A DNA stretch of 64,000 bases from Scyliorhinus canicula (GCF_902713615.1 NW_024055456.1:62001-126000), one strand, 5' to 3'. Positions 11,572-24,254 are shown, numbered from the stretch's first letter. The notes: generated by a model not told the origin, from the sequence alone. Translations and numbers: made by a program.

Positions 11572-12862
11572 GTGGGACTGGTTGAAGGGTCAAAAATATC
11601 TTTCCCGGAGCTGATCTGAACATCCAGCCCTGAGTTTCAGAGAATTAACAGCTGATCAGAAACACAAAGGACGGGTTAACCTGCAGACTGGTTTGATGAC
11701 AGATCTGCCGGTCGGATCGGATTCTGCAGTGTACTTTTACTGCCGCTGCGTGGTAACAGGTGGGTGACAGTTTGATTCGAGTGGCTGATAACGCCGCTGA
11801 TCGATGTGGTGAATCTGCCCGAGATTCTGTCGAAACTCCAACAGACAGGAGCTCTAAGGCACAGTGCAAAGTACGGGACTGTTGTCCACCATAAACTCAG
11901 TCTGTGAGTCCTGCTCCTGATCAACTCTTCAGAGTCACTTTCTCCACCCAGAGATACAGAGAGAAGTTTGGCTGCCTGAGCGGTGCTGTTGGTGTTTTGA
12001 TTTTTGCCTCGCTGCTGGTCTGCTAACATGAGCAACACAGCACAGGTGAAATCCTGGAACTCCCTCCCTAACAGCACATGGACTGCAGCGGTCCAAGAAG
12101 GCAGCGTCAAAGGTTAAACTAAAAGCAACTACTTCTTCTTCCGTCTCAACACTTGAGGACAGTAGTCGATGAACATAATTTCTATCACTCAGATCAGAAA
12201 TACATGCTGAAACAGAAAATAATCATGTGTTTAAAATTCCGACAGAAACCATGATTTAAAAATGCGATTAAATGTGTTTGTTCCCCAATTACCTTCCCAA
12301 ATGCCCGCCCGCACCAGCCCCATACAATCCAGATACTGGGTGGCTGCATTGTCGCCGTCTTATTTGTAAAGGTTGAAATTCGAAGCAACACCTTCTACTC
12401 CGCACCATCAAGAATCGGTTGTCTTTCTCAGCATTTTCTCACTCCACTTTCTAGCGTCGCCAATGATGGTTTAAGACATCTAGATGGGGAACTGCCCGTC
12501 AGTGAATGGGAACATTCCGAGCTGGGATACAGTCAGTACCATATAAGAAGAATCGCTGCATATTTCGATACGGGGTTTCGATAATGGGTTTGCTGGTTTG
12601 GTTATTGTAGGACGGAAACACATGTTTGTGAATTGAGTCAGAAAACATTAAACAGACGCTCGAAAAGTGAATTAACATTGGAGGGACTCTGACTTTGGGG
12701 TTTGCAATGAAGTGTGCAACCACTGCCTCGTGAAATGTGCTAATTTCCTACAGTCTGTGAACCAATAAAATAAACCAGTCATACAGACTCTGGGTCCCGG
12801 CTTTGATCAAAGGAACCTAGAAGGGGAGAACGGAGATGGAGAAAGGTTGGCACAATAATTCA

Positions 12863-13066
12863 TGATGTGGAGATGCCGGCGTTGGACTGGGGTGAGCACA
12901 GTAAGAAGTCTTACAACACCAGGTTAAAGTCCAACAGGTTTGTTTCAAACACGAGTTTTCGGAGCACTGCTCCTTCCTCAGGTGAATGAGGAAGGAGCTG
13001 CGCTCCGAAAGCTCGTGTTTGAAACAAACCTGTTGGACTTTAACCTGGTGTTTAAGACTTATTACT
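12863..13066. mobile_element. Penelope-derived hairpin element with target-site duplication
   Basis: About 85-bp inverted arms (AGTAAGAAGTCTTACAACACCAGGTTAAAGTCCAACAGG... / ...CCTGTTGGACTTTAACCTGGTG); flanked by GCACAATAATTCA at 12850-12862 and 13067-13079. Confidence 0.75.
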
Positions 13067-13377
13067 GCACAATAATTCAGACAGAGATGGAAAGATCATA
13101 AAAATACTAAATGTGAGTTAACCGTTAATTAAGTTGTTAAATTCATATTAGTACAAATGCAAGTTATAAACTAACGAATATAATATATACACTTCCTGCT
13201 CGCTTGTTCTTATTGAGTGTTGTGTTTGTTTTTGATGTTTTATTAAAGACCCTGTGACCCTGACAGGCTGAGCAGTTGTGTCTGTCTATCAAGGTGAGAG
13301 TGCCCTCTGCTGAGCAATAACTGGAACTCCCAGTGTGAGTTTTTGTACAGGACCCACTATTACTCTGCAGCAGTGTG

Positions 13378-13812
13378 GGCTTCATGGCACAGAAATACAG
13401 GGCGCTGTCGGAGAGATCAGCTCCGGCGATATTTAAAGGAACCGTTTGGTTTTCTTTATGTAAAACAGCCGAGAACCTTGTTGGCAAATCTGGAGACTTA
13501 TCTGAAGTGCCCGCGCTATAGATTTTTATTAATTTCCTCGGAGATCCCCCGAGATACTGAATGTACCAGAACAGAGTGTTAAAAACAGCTGCCGAGTATC
13601 TACAATCCAGGTTAATGCTCTGTCCTTCCAGAACCGTTATCTCAGATCGATCCTGGGACACTGAATCTTCACCATTTGTTCCTGTAACAAAAGAGAAAAT
13701 GTACTCAGTATCTGGGAGTGAAGATAACACACTAAACACACGGTGAACATTTAAATATCGACTCACCGGGAAGCATGGCCATTATTATCAGTAACCAACA
13801 TGGGGAATACAT
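13378..13812 (-). CDS. TRAV/TRDV: TCR alpha/delta V gene, intact (family 4)
   Basis: Leader 13812-13767 (MYSPCWLLIIMAMLP, GTGAGT). V exon 13681-13378: EDSVSQDRSEITVLEGQSINLDC...FWYIQYLGG...DSALYFCAMKP. RSS CACACTG-24-ACAAAAACT (13377-13338). Confidence 0.92.
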
Positions 13813-15849
13813 GGTGTCTGGATTACAGTTCAACAGATACAAATCTTGTTTGAAATATATTCTGGTATTAACACAGAAATTCAGATCAGTGGAATCTTCA
13901 CTGACTGGGAGACTGAGAGGCGTTTCCGAGCGACATGATTGGCTGGTCTGTCGAAACTGGTGACAGTTGGGCACCAATCAGTGTTCGTTCTGGACTAATG
14001 ATATCTTCTGAAGTCCTCTTTTTCCGTCTTTCTCTGTCCCTCTAGCTGTCTTTGTCTCAAGCTGTGCCCCACTCTGTCGCTCGGCCTCTATGTCTCTGTC
14101 TCCCAGTTCTCTGTTTCCGACCCTCTCTCTCACACTTCCTCTGTCTCTTTCTCCCATTTTCCTTGAAGTTCAGAGTGTAGAAAATCCAACTTTCTCATTT
14201 CAAGGAGTTCACAAATGTGTTCAGTTAACAGGACCCTCTACAACAGGTAAAGTATTATGTTCACAGCTCAGGGTAGGATCAAAATGGAAACAGTTACATT
14301 TAGGTCCCAAAATTAAATAGGATATTTGTGTGAATTAGGAGTCATTTTACATTTTTGGATGTGTTGGTAGTTTAGAGTCGGGATCTCATCGTCATCTCCG
14401 TGGATTTATATTGTTTAAAACCAGTTTCTTGAACCAATGTGCCCGAGATATTACACGAGATATTACAACGGGAATCGCCAGGATTTAAAGTGACGTTGGA
14501 ATTAGCTCCGTGTATACGTTTATCTTCATTGAAATAAAATGCAATAATAGCAATATGAAACAAAAATAATGTTCCATCAACATGCAACAATATCATTCAG
14601 TAATTTGAGAATTCGGTGATTTTTCAGGAAAGGGCCATATACCTCAGATCGCCACCAGATGGAGCTCGCTCGTCGTGTTTTTCTGTTTACTGCACTGGGT
14701 ACAGGAGTGACAACATGGTGTTTGTGCGGCTGGTCTGGTAAACCAGGGCGTCAAATGGCTCTATGAAATGACCCGTTCCTCATTGCTTTCGCACTTCTCA
14801 AAGATTTAGCTGAATGCGTGTCATTTTATCTCCCTCTGACTGTTTGAGGTTCTATAATACACTTTCAGTAGCATGAGAGCCCCTTTATTGGCCCTAAACT
14901 CAATCCGTATGTCGTCAATTGGTCATCTTCCAACATACCATCCATTTCCATGTCTATAATTGATTACCTAACCAATATAGCCACCCGATCCATTTTATCC
15001 CCCTGCCTATCTCTGCCTGAAAATCATGTCAGGAGGAATATTGAGCTGCCATTCCTGTCCTTCTTAATCTGTTTCTGTAGTAACTATTATTTCACGCTGC
15101 TAGGTTCCTATCGGGTGCCCTGAACTGGCCTGTTTTGTTTGGTCTACTCATGATACTGAATTATATCACATGGCCATTGCCAAAACTTCCTTTTTATTTT
15201 CTAGCGTTGGATTCCTTTGTTGTTCAGACTCACCCAATGATTTTCTTCCTTCCATGACCATTTTTGATTGTTCCACATCTGAATCTTCCCTCCAGGACCC
15301 CCGCCCCCTTGCCAAACTACCAGCACTCGCCAAACTCCCGGCTGGAAACCACTTTCCCGCCACCTCCGAGTCAGCTCTGCCAATAGGATTGCACATTGTC
15401 AGGAATGTTGATGAGGAGTCTGAAAACGAGGGTATAATTCAGTCAAATGTATTATTTTGGAACAAGAGGATGTCAATGGGGAGGTGGTGGCGCCTTGTGG
15501 TATTATCACTGGGTAAGTAAATCAGAAATCCCGGTTTGAATCTTACCAGGGCGGGTGGTGGAATTTAAATTCATCAAGATGGTTCTACAGGAGACTGTAA
15601 GTTTACAGCAATGTAATTGGCTCTTTTTTTGTAAAATATTTTCATTGGGATTCTTAACATTTAGTAACAAGATTTCTACTCAACATGTGACAGAACCATT
15701 GGCAAGAGCACAGAAGAAGAAACTAAGCAACAGCAATTTCATAAACATACAATAGGTTAATATTTTCCCTGTGACCCAGGTTCCTGTGCTCTCGTTCCCT
15801 TATTTACATTTATATTTACAATAAATGCCAGAACTGTTAACTTTCATAG

Positions 15850-16140
15850 GGTCATAAAATCTCTACAGTGCAGAAGGAGGCCATTCAATCCATCGAGTCT
15901 GTACCAACCTTTGGATAGAGTAACTTAATCCACGTCCTGACCCCATCCCTGTAACTCTACCTAACCGTTTGGGCATTGAGGGGCAATTTAGCATGGCAAA
16001 TCCACCGGAAACCGGAGCATCCCGAGGAAACCCACGCAGACACGGGGAGAATGGTCAGACTCCACACAGACAGTCAACGATGCCAGAATCGAACCCAGAC
16101 CCTGGCGTTGCAAGGCAGCAGTGCTAACCACTGTGTCACC
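15850..16140 (-). mobile_element. V-SINE with CR1-type tail
   Basis: Reverse complement of the SINE head, core and GATGGATTGAATGGCCTCCTTCTGCACTG tail. Confidence 0.7.
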
Positions 16141-16149
16141 CATATTTAT

Positions 16150-16930
16150 ATGCCGCCAACATTCTTTATATTTCCACTCATTTTGATGGGATGTCCTCTT
16201 TCCCTAGTGGGTTTTCGAGGGAGATTCGGATGGTCCACCTCCTCGGTTTTCCAGGTGTGGGAGGGGTCTGTGTCCAATCCGGTGAGTGGCCTTCCTCCCC
16301 ATCTCCCCTCTACTGTACGCGAGCTCCCTTTCATCCCAGCGGTACTCCCTGCCCCCCCACTCCGATCCCTCCCTCCACCCTCTCTACCTCCTTCCTTTCC
16401 GTCCCATACTTCCTAACTGCTCCCCCTCCCAGTTATTTGTGGGAACTCGCCGTCAAAGAGGTTTGTGAACTTTTTCGATGTGTCGTGGAATCTCTCCTCA
16501 GACCCATTAATCTGGAATTGTATCTTCTCGAGTCTCAGGTACTCGGAAAGGCCTGAGAGCCACTCCGACGCCTTGGGTTGCGCTACAGACTTCCAACCGA
16601 GCAACAGTCTCCCCTGGGTGAGCAATGAGGCGAAGGCCAGGGTGTCAGAGCACCCCCCCCCCCCCTCGGCCCTGTGTAGAGCTCTGGATGTTCAATCACC
16701 CCGAAGAACACCACAGATCGGCAAGGCTCCATCACGACCCCTACAACACTGGACATGGTTTCAAAAAGACTCTGCAGAACGCCCTGAGTCTGGGGCAGGA
16801 CCAAAACATGTGTGTGTGGTTGTTGCAGATGGGGGCCTCTACAATCATACCACCAAGCTTGAAGTGATTCCTCAACTGGTTCCAAGTATTTGTTTTGTGG
16901 CCAATACCACCGGGCTCCCCTGTGTGTGTG
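16150..16930 (-). mobile_element. L1/Tx1-type LINE ORF2 3' fragment
   Basis: Minus strand reads HTHMFWSCPRL..F...FFETMS and LLLGWKSVAQPKASEWLSGLSEYLRLEKI, resembling the C-terminal Cys-containing region of fish L1 ORF2; frameshifted. Confidence 0.65.
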
Positions 16931-17199
16931 GGGGGAGGGGGCGCTGAGAGTGGTTGGTGGTGGTGGTGGTGGGGGGGGGGGGGTCTGTTCGGAGTGGTGT
17001 GGTGACCAGCGCTCTAAGAGATGTTCCCGTGCAGGAGGCTTCCTCCATTCGGACACAGTCCACCTCAGGTTTCCTCCACCACCCCCTTTTAGTCCCATCC
17101 TTGTAGGTCCCTCTTCAGCTCCTCCACCAGGCTGGAGAGGTTCCATAAGTTGAGCCTCGGCGAGGTGTGGGGCACTTGTATCCCAAGCTTCCTGAATTT

Positions 17200-20100
17200 G
17201 ATTTGGGTCACTTAGACCATGAGACCATAAGATATAGGAGCAGAATTAGGCCACTTGGCCCATCGAGTCTGCTCCGCCATTCAATCATGGCTGATATTTT
17301 CTCATCCCCATTCTCCTGCCTTCTCCCCATATCCCCTGATCCCCTTATTAATCAACAACCTATCTATCTCTATCGTAAAGACACTCAGTGATTTGGCCTC
17401 CACAGCCTTGCGGCAAAGAGTTCCACAGATTCACCACCCTCTGGCTGAATAAATTCCTCCTCATCTCTCTTTTAAAGAATCGTTCCTTTAATCTGAGATT
17501 GTGTCCTCTGGTTCTAAGTTTTCTTGCAAGTGGAAACATCCTCTCCACGTCCACTCTACCCAGGCCTCGCATTATCTTTTTTTTTAAATAAGATCCCCCC
17601 TCATCCTTCTGAACTCCAACGAGTACACACACAGAGTGTGCAAACGTTGCTCATACGAGAAGCTGTTCATTCCAGGGATCATTCTTGTGAACCTCCTCTG
17701 GGCCCTTTCCAAAGCCAACACGGCCTTCCTTAGATATGGGGCCCAAGACTGCTCACAATACTCCAAATGGGGTCTGACCAGAGCCTTATACAGCCTCAGA
17801 AGTGCATCCCTGGTCTTGTATTCTAGCCCACTTGACATGAATGCTAACATTGCATTAGCCTTCCTAACGGCCGACTGAACCTGCACACTAACCTTAAGAG
17901 AATCGTGAACAGGGACTCCCAAGTCCCTTTGTGGTTCTGCTTTCCGAAGAATTTCCCCATTTAGAAAATAGTCTATGCCTAAATACCTCCTTCCAAAGTG
18001 CACAACCTCATACTTGTCCACATTGTATTTCATTTGACACTTCATTGGCCACTCTCCTAGCTTATCCAAGTCCTTCTGCAGCCCCCCTGCATCCTCAATA
18101 CTACCTGTCCCTCTACAAATCTTTGTATCATCTGCAAACTTACCAACCGTGCCTTCAGTACCTTCTTCCAGATCATTAATGTATATTTTGAAAATTTGTG
18201 GTCCCAGCACAGACCCCTGAGGCACACCACTAGTCACCGGCTGCCATCCTGAAAAAGACCCCTTAGTCCCCACTCACTGAATTCTGCCAGTCAACCAATC
18301 CTCTATCCATGCCTGGATCTTACCCTGAACACCATGAGCTCTTAACTTATTTAACAGTCTCCTGAGCGGCACCTTGTCAAAGACCTTCTGGATATCTAAA
18401 TAAATCACGTCCACTGATTCTCCTTTGTCTAACTTGTTTGTTACCTCCTCAAAGAAACTCAAGCATATTTGTCGGACACGACCTCCCTTTGACAAAGGCA
18501 TGCTGACTCAATCCTATTTTACAATGCACTTCCAAGTGATTCGCGATCTCATCTTTAACAACAGACTCTAAAATCTCACCTTTGACCAAAGTCAGGCTAA
18601 CCGGCCTATAATTTCCCGTCTTCTGCCTCTCTCCCTTCTTAAAAGTGGTGTTACATTAGCCACCTTCCAGTCCTCTGGGACCCTTTCTGACCCAATGATT
18701 CCTGAAAGATCATTACTAACGACTCCACAATTTCCTCAGCTATGTCTTTTGGGACCCTAAGGTGTAGTCCATCCGGTCCAGGTAAGTTATCCACCTTCAG
18801 ACCTTTCACTTTCCCCAGAAACTTCTCCTTTGTAATAGTCACTGCACTCACCTCTGTCCCCTGGTTCTCGTAGAGCTCTGGCATCCCACTGGTGTCTTCC
18901 ACCGTGAGAGCTGATGCAAAGTAACTATTCAGTTCAACTGCCGTTTCCTTGTTTCCTATCACTACATCTCCAGCCACATTTTCTAGTAGTCCAACGTCTA
19001 TTTTTGCCTCTCTCTTATCTTTTATATATTGAAAAAACCTCTTCCTGCCTTTCTTTATATTACTAGCTATCTTGCACTTATACTTCATCTTCTCCCCCTT
19101 ATTGGTTTTTTAGTTGTCCTCTGCTCGCATTTAAAGGCTTCCCAATCCTATGGTTTCCCACTAATCCTCGCCATTTTGCATGCCTTTCCCTTAGCCTTTA
19201 TTAGCTGTCCTTGACATCCCTCGTCAGCCATGCATGCGTTGTCCTTCTCCTTGGGATGAATTTCTGTTCTGCCTCCCTAATAACCCCCAAAAACTCCTGC
19301 CCCTGCTGTTCCACTGTCTTTCCTGCTAGGCTCCTTCTCCAATCAATTCTGGCCAGCTCCTTCCTCATGCATTTGTAGTTACCCTTATTTAATTGTAATA
19401 CTGTTACATTCCCTCTCAAACTGCAGGGTAAATACGATCATATTGTGGTCGCTGCTCCCTGTGTTCCTTCACCTTAAGTTCGCTAATCAAGTCTGCCTCA
19501 TTAACATGACCAAATCCAGAATTGCCTGTTCCCCAGTAGTCTCTGTCACGAGGTGCTCCAAAAAACCATCTCTTAGACATTCCACAAATTCCATTTCTTG
19601 GGATGCACTATCAACCTGATTTTCCCAGTCCATCTGCATATTGAAGTCCCCCATGATTATTGTAATATTGCCTTTTTTACATGCCTTTTGTATCCCTTGA
19701 TTTATTTTCTGCCCCAAATCCTGACTATTGCTAGGGGGCTTGTACATAACTCCCATCGGGGACTTTTTACCTTTGCGATTCCTCAACTCTACCCACAGAG
19801 ATTCCATGGCTTCTGATCCTATGTCTCTCCTTTCTTTCGATTTAACTTAATTCCTTATTAACAATGCAATCCCGCCCCCTTTGCCCATCTGCCTGTCCTT
19901 CCGATAGGACACGTATCCTTGGATATTTAGTGTTCCAGCCCTGATCCCCTTTCAGCCACGTCTCTGTGATGCCCACAACATCGTACCAGCCAATTTCAAT
20001 GTGCGCAACAAGCTCATTTACCTTGTTCCGTATACTGCGTGCATTTAGGTACAACACCCTCAATCCTGCATTGGCCACATCCCTTTTCACACTCTCCTCA

Positions 20101-20240
20101 GTCACTGTACCCTGTACTGTGGCCCTTTTTGATTTTTGACTATGGCTTCTCTGCCTCGCACTTTCCCCCTTACTGCTTTCTGTTTCAGGCCCTGTTTTAC
20201 TTCTTTCCGACTTCCTACATTGGATCTCATCCCCCTTCCA
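17200..20240 (-). mobile_element. CR1 LINE, about 3 kb, frameshifted ORF2 (APE endonuclease + RT)
   Basis: VLYLNARSI, GITETWL, IMGDFN and ILDLV (endonuclease); SGVPQGSVLGPQIF.IYINDL and KFADDTK (RT); 3' tail TCTTATGGTCT. Confidence 0.92.
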
Positions 20241-22199
20241 CATTAGTTAAAACCCTTCATTGTCACCATTGTCGAAGAGAAGAGACCCAATGCCCGATAA
20301 GTTTCACCAGTTCAACCTTCCAGAGGACAAACTTTTTGATGCAGAGAGTTGTGACGGTCTGCAATGCATTGTCTGGGAGAGTGGTAGAGGTAGGATGCCT
20401 CACTTCATTTGAGAAGTACCTGGATGAGTACTTGACACGTCTTAACATTCAAGGCTATGGGCTAAGTGCAAGAAAGTGTGATGAGGTGGGTGGGTCAGGG
20501 CCTTTCATGCTTCGTACCCTAAAATCTTCATCAAGAGACAGACCGGCGGCAGAGAAGGAAAGGAAAATTATAAAATCCTGCTGTCTAAGACTCTTCTGGG
20601 GCATCCTGCACCAGGTCTCCAGGTCTGCCAAGATCTGTGGTGGAAAAGCGGCTTGAACACTGACATGTGGCAGAAACACCAAAGGCTGAGAAGGCGTCAT
20701 CCTCAAAAAGAGGAACAGCCGACATGTGTATCTGTATCAAAAACAGAAAACACTGGAGAATCTCCTCAGGTCTGGCAGTATCTGAGGAGAGAGAAGGGAT
20801 CTGACGTTTCGATTCTGAATGAATCTTTGTAGAAGCTGTATGATCGTTAGAAATATGGAGATAAAGCCACATAGATTTGTTAGAAGTGTTCAACATTATG
20901 AAGGTCTGAACAGTGTATATTGGGAGAATCTCCTCCTACTAGCGACCCGAGCCTCCGCAAAATTTAAATGTGATTATGGAAGATGTTCGGCCTTAACTGC
21001 ACGTTTGCATCTGTGGCGATATCCGTAAGTCCCCGAGAGACCCAAACGCGTCTATGTCCTACTTATACATGTTCAACGAGGAAACGCCAACAAGGCTGGG
21101 GAATTAGAACAATTCTCATCCCTTGGACTGAACGCATTTTGGTTCATCTCAGTAATAAACGATCAGTTCTTTACTCTCCGGTTATTTCACGTGTTATAGA
21201 TTTTCCAGCGGGGGTTGGGGTGGAGGTGGGGGCGGAATAACTCTTCTTGTTTACGCGGGAATGAGCAAACTTTCCTGTCCGCGGGCACATTTGTGAATGG
21301 AAATTGTATGGAGACCGGCAATCTGAGAGTCATGGGGTCATAGACGTTTACAGGATAGAAAGAGGCCATTCGGTCCATCGTGTCTTCGCCGGACATCAAT
21401 AAACTGTCTATTCCAATACCCTTTTCCATAACCTTGCAAGCTGTGGTGTTTCAAGTGCTCATCTAAATGCTTCTTAAATGTTGTGAGGGTTCCCGCCTCT
21501 ATCAACCTATCAGGCAGTGATTTCCACGTTCCGGCCACTCCAACAATTAACACAAAGATATATTTTGCTACCAATAAACATTATACCTTCGCTGTTATGA
21601 CCATTGTACCATAGATTTGTTAGACGTTTTCAACATTATGGAGGTCTGGACAGTGTATATTGGGAGAATCTCCTCCTACTAGTAAAAGGATCGATAATCA
21701 CAGGAGAGAGAGAAGCAGCAATGGCGAACGTGGAAAAGTATTTCCCATGGACAAAATGGTTAGAATTTGGAATGCACTGCCTGAGAGTGTCGTGGATGAA
21801 AGGCTAACTGAGATTTCCAAATAGGAACCGAGTCGTTATCAGAAAAAAAACACAAAAACGCAATGTCCCGGTGTTTGGAAGTGGTTCGAGCTGAATTACT
21901 ACTCCAGAATGCCAGCAAGTGCACGACGGGCCGAATGGTAATCTTTGATGCTCACAATACTATATGGTTCTATAATAACGCATTGAGGTGAAAAAAAACG
22001 TATGCACTTCTGTGGTGCGATTTATTGTGTTTCCTGTGTCTTGTGGTTTTATGATGGAACACTGATTCCCTCAAGGAGGCCGAAATTCTATCCGCTATTG
22101 TTGTCATTGAAAGCTGTCTTCATGTTAAACAAGTTTGTGTTATGTTAGGTTTTTTTCCGACATATTCTTTGGTCCTCCGGTATGCTTGCAGTGTTAAGC

Positions 22200-22415
22200 C
22201 AATGACCAGTTTATGGGAAACAATGTTTCACACTATTTCCTGATTGCAGGGCGTTGGATACTAAGGGGCAATTTATCATGGTCAGTCCATCTAATCTTTG
22301 GACGCGGACAGAGAATGTACAAACTCCACACAGACAGTCACCCAAAGCCGGATTTGAACCCGCGTCCCTGGCGCTGTGAGGCAGCAGGGCTAACCATTGT
22401 GCCACCGTGCTACCC
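22200..22415 (-). mobile_element. V-SINE fragment
   Basis: Reverse complement of the SINE head and core. Confidence 0.65.
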
Positions 22416-23051
22416 TGATGACAGGCAAAGAAGATTTGGGTTTTCTAATCTAATGAAGTATTATAATCTACACTTCATTGAAAGACTGGTTTGGGAAAGA
22501 CTGGAAAGGCTGGTTTAGCACACTGGGCTAAATCGCTGGCGTTGAAAGCAGATCAAGGCAGGCCAGCAGCACGGTTCAATTCCCGTATCAGCCTCCCCGA
22601 ACAGGCACCAGAATGTAGCGACTAGGGGCTTTTCACTGTAACTTCATTGAAGCCTACTTGTGACAAGCGATTTTCATTTCATTTCATTGAAAGACAGATC
22701 TCCGTAACTGCAGTTTTCTCACAGTCCTGCACGACTGAATGACGTTGGTGGAGTGGAACCTGAATCTTTTTTTCACTCAGAGGCAACAGTGTCATCAAAT
22801 GCACCACAGCTGCCACGGGCTGAGTTAAATATCATATTGGGTGACTTGGATTTTTCATGGTTGATTTTTATCATTTGGCAAACAGCGGTGTTTAAACAGG
22901 AAACACAGGAGGAGCCAGGTTACTGAAGGAGAAGAAAGCCAGTCCCAGTATCACATTGGGCTCCGGCCTGATTAGATAGCGAACCGCGCAGCTTGAAGTT
23001 AGACGGGGAATCTTTGCGAGTGTTTGGAAAAGTTTACCGAAAACGTGAATA

Positions 23052-23496
23052 ATGACGCGATTCCTGTACCTCTATTTGTTACTAGTTAGTTTTACTTGTG
23101 AGTGCTTCGGATTTACTGCTCGTAGAGTCATTACAATTTTAAGCATTCTGGTATATTTGTTGCCTCTTTAATTATTCCTTTATAATTTCCTGGTAGGTAC
23201 CTGCGCCAACATTATGCTAACCCAACCGGATTCCATCTCCAAAAAGATTGGTGACACTCTGAAACTGTCCTGTTCAGCGAGTGGGTTCGATATCAACCAA
23301 CATCACATGCATTGGATTAGACAGATACCCGGTCAAGGATTAGAGACTTTACTCTCTTATAGGAAAGGATACGACACCTATTACGCCCCCAGAACCCAAA
23401 GTCGAATCACTTTTTCAACTGAATCTTCCACAACCTACATTGAGATTAACAATGTGAAACCCGAGGACGCGGCCATCTATTACTGTGCGAGGCAGT
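23052..23496 (+). CDS. IGHV: Immunoglobulin heavy-chain V segment, IgW-like, intact
   Basis: Leader 23052-23097 (MTRFLYLYLLLVSFT, phase-1 GTGAGT); 99-nt intron; V exon 23197-23496: NIMLTQPDSISKKIGDTLKLSCSASGFDINQHHMHWIRQIPGQGLETLLSYRKGYDTYYAPRTQSRITFSTESSTTYIEINNVKPEDAAIYYCARQ. SGF..MHWIRQ.PGQGLE and YYCAR are VH hallmarks. The IgW assignment rests on recalled shark IgW motifs (NIxLTQP, LLSYRK, RITFSTESSTT). Confidence 0.9.
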
Positions 23497-23535
23497 CACG
23501 GTGAGAGAAACCAATGCTGAACCGGGACTAAAACA
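23497..23535 (+). other. VH recombination signal (23-RSS)
   Basis: CACGGTG-23-ACTAAAACA. Confidence 0.85.
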
Positions 23536-23859
23536 GGACGAGAGGCAATCCAAGCGTTCCCAGCACAACATCAGCGTCCAAAGCAGGTACTGCCTGACTC
23601 TGAAACTAAAGAGTTTTCCTTCGCAAATTGATCGAATCAAAACAATTGTATGTTGTTTCATGTATATGATTTATCGTCCCCTTTGGAGACTCAGGGGAAA
23701 ACATTCCAACATTGTGCTATTGAAAGATTGTCGACAGACTGGCGATACATTCCTGACGGAAGGAGTGAATCTATCCTGTACACTGTCTAATCGTTAACGT
23801 TAAAGCATGTTCTCGTCAAATGGAGTTTGAAGGTCAGAGGTTGATCAGAAAGGGAATAC

Positions 23860-23930
23860 ATTATTTGTGCGGGTGTGTGTCACTGTGTATGGGATACTGG
23901 AGCACACTACTGATTGTCTCCACAAAAACC
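23860..23930 (+). other. IGHD: IgH D segment (23888-23902, TATGGGATACTGGAG) flanked by 12/12 RSSs
   Basis: 5' RSS ATTATTTGT-12-CACTGTG (23860-23887); 3' RSS CACACTA-12-ACAAAAACC (23903-23930); all three reading frames open. Confidence 0.88.
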
Positions 23931-24254
23931 CCAAGACAATTTATGGAAACATTCTGGATCACTGGCCGCCATTACGAGTCCACTATTCATGTGGTGAAGT
24001 AATGTTTATGTTGTAATCAAGAACGGAATTTCTTGCAGGGTTTAAGAGAGACAGATAATTGTTGGATCATTATCCACATATCAGTTGGTATATTGAAGAA
24101 GCATTCAATTTTAGAAGTGACTGAGAATAGACGAATTTATAAACAAAGAAAGTAGCCAATTTGTACATTTCTGATACACTGGAAATCTCATGTTAGCTGC
24201 GGGTGTTATTTTTGTAATCAGCATCGTTTCTTGCCCGAATTACATGTAGGATCC

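Noticed and set aside
14372-14596. V-like peptide NPGDS..ISCNISG...WFKQ on the minus strand
   Set aside because: Needs a frameshift, has no FR3 or RSS; too weak to call.
20455-20706. C-domain- or V-like words (PSQPLVFL, FPPQIL, TWCRMP) on the minus strand
   Set aside because: No consistent Cys/Trp spacing in any single frame, and it is on the opposite strand to the VH-D-J.
23197-23496. VNAR or NAR-TCR V identity for the Ig-like V
   Set aside because: It has a full CDR2/C'' region and VH FR2 (WIRQIPGQGLE); VNAR lacks these and starts ARVDQ/AxVEQ.
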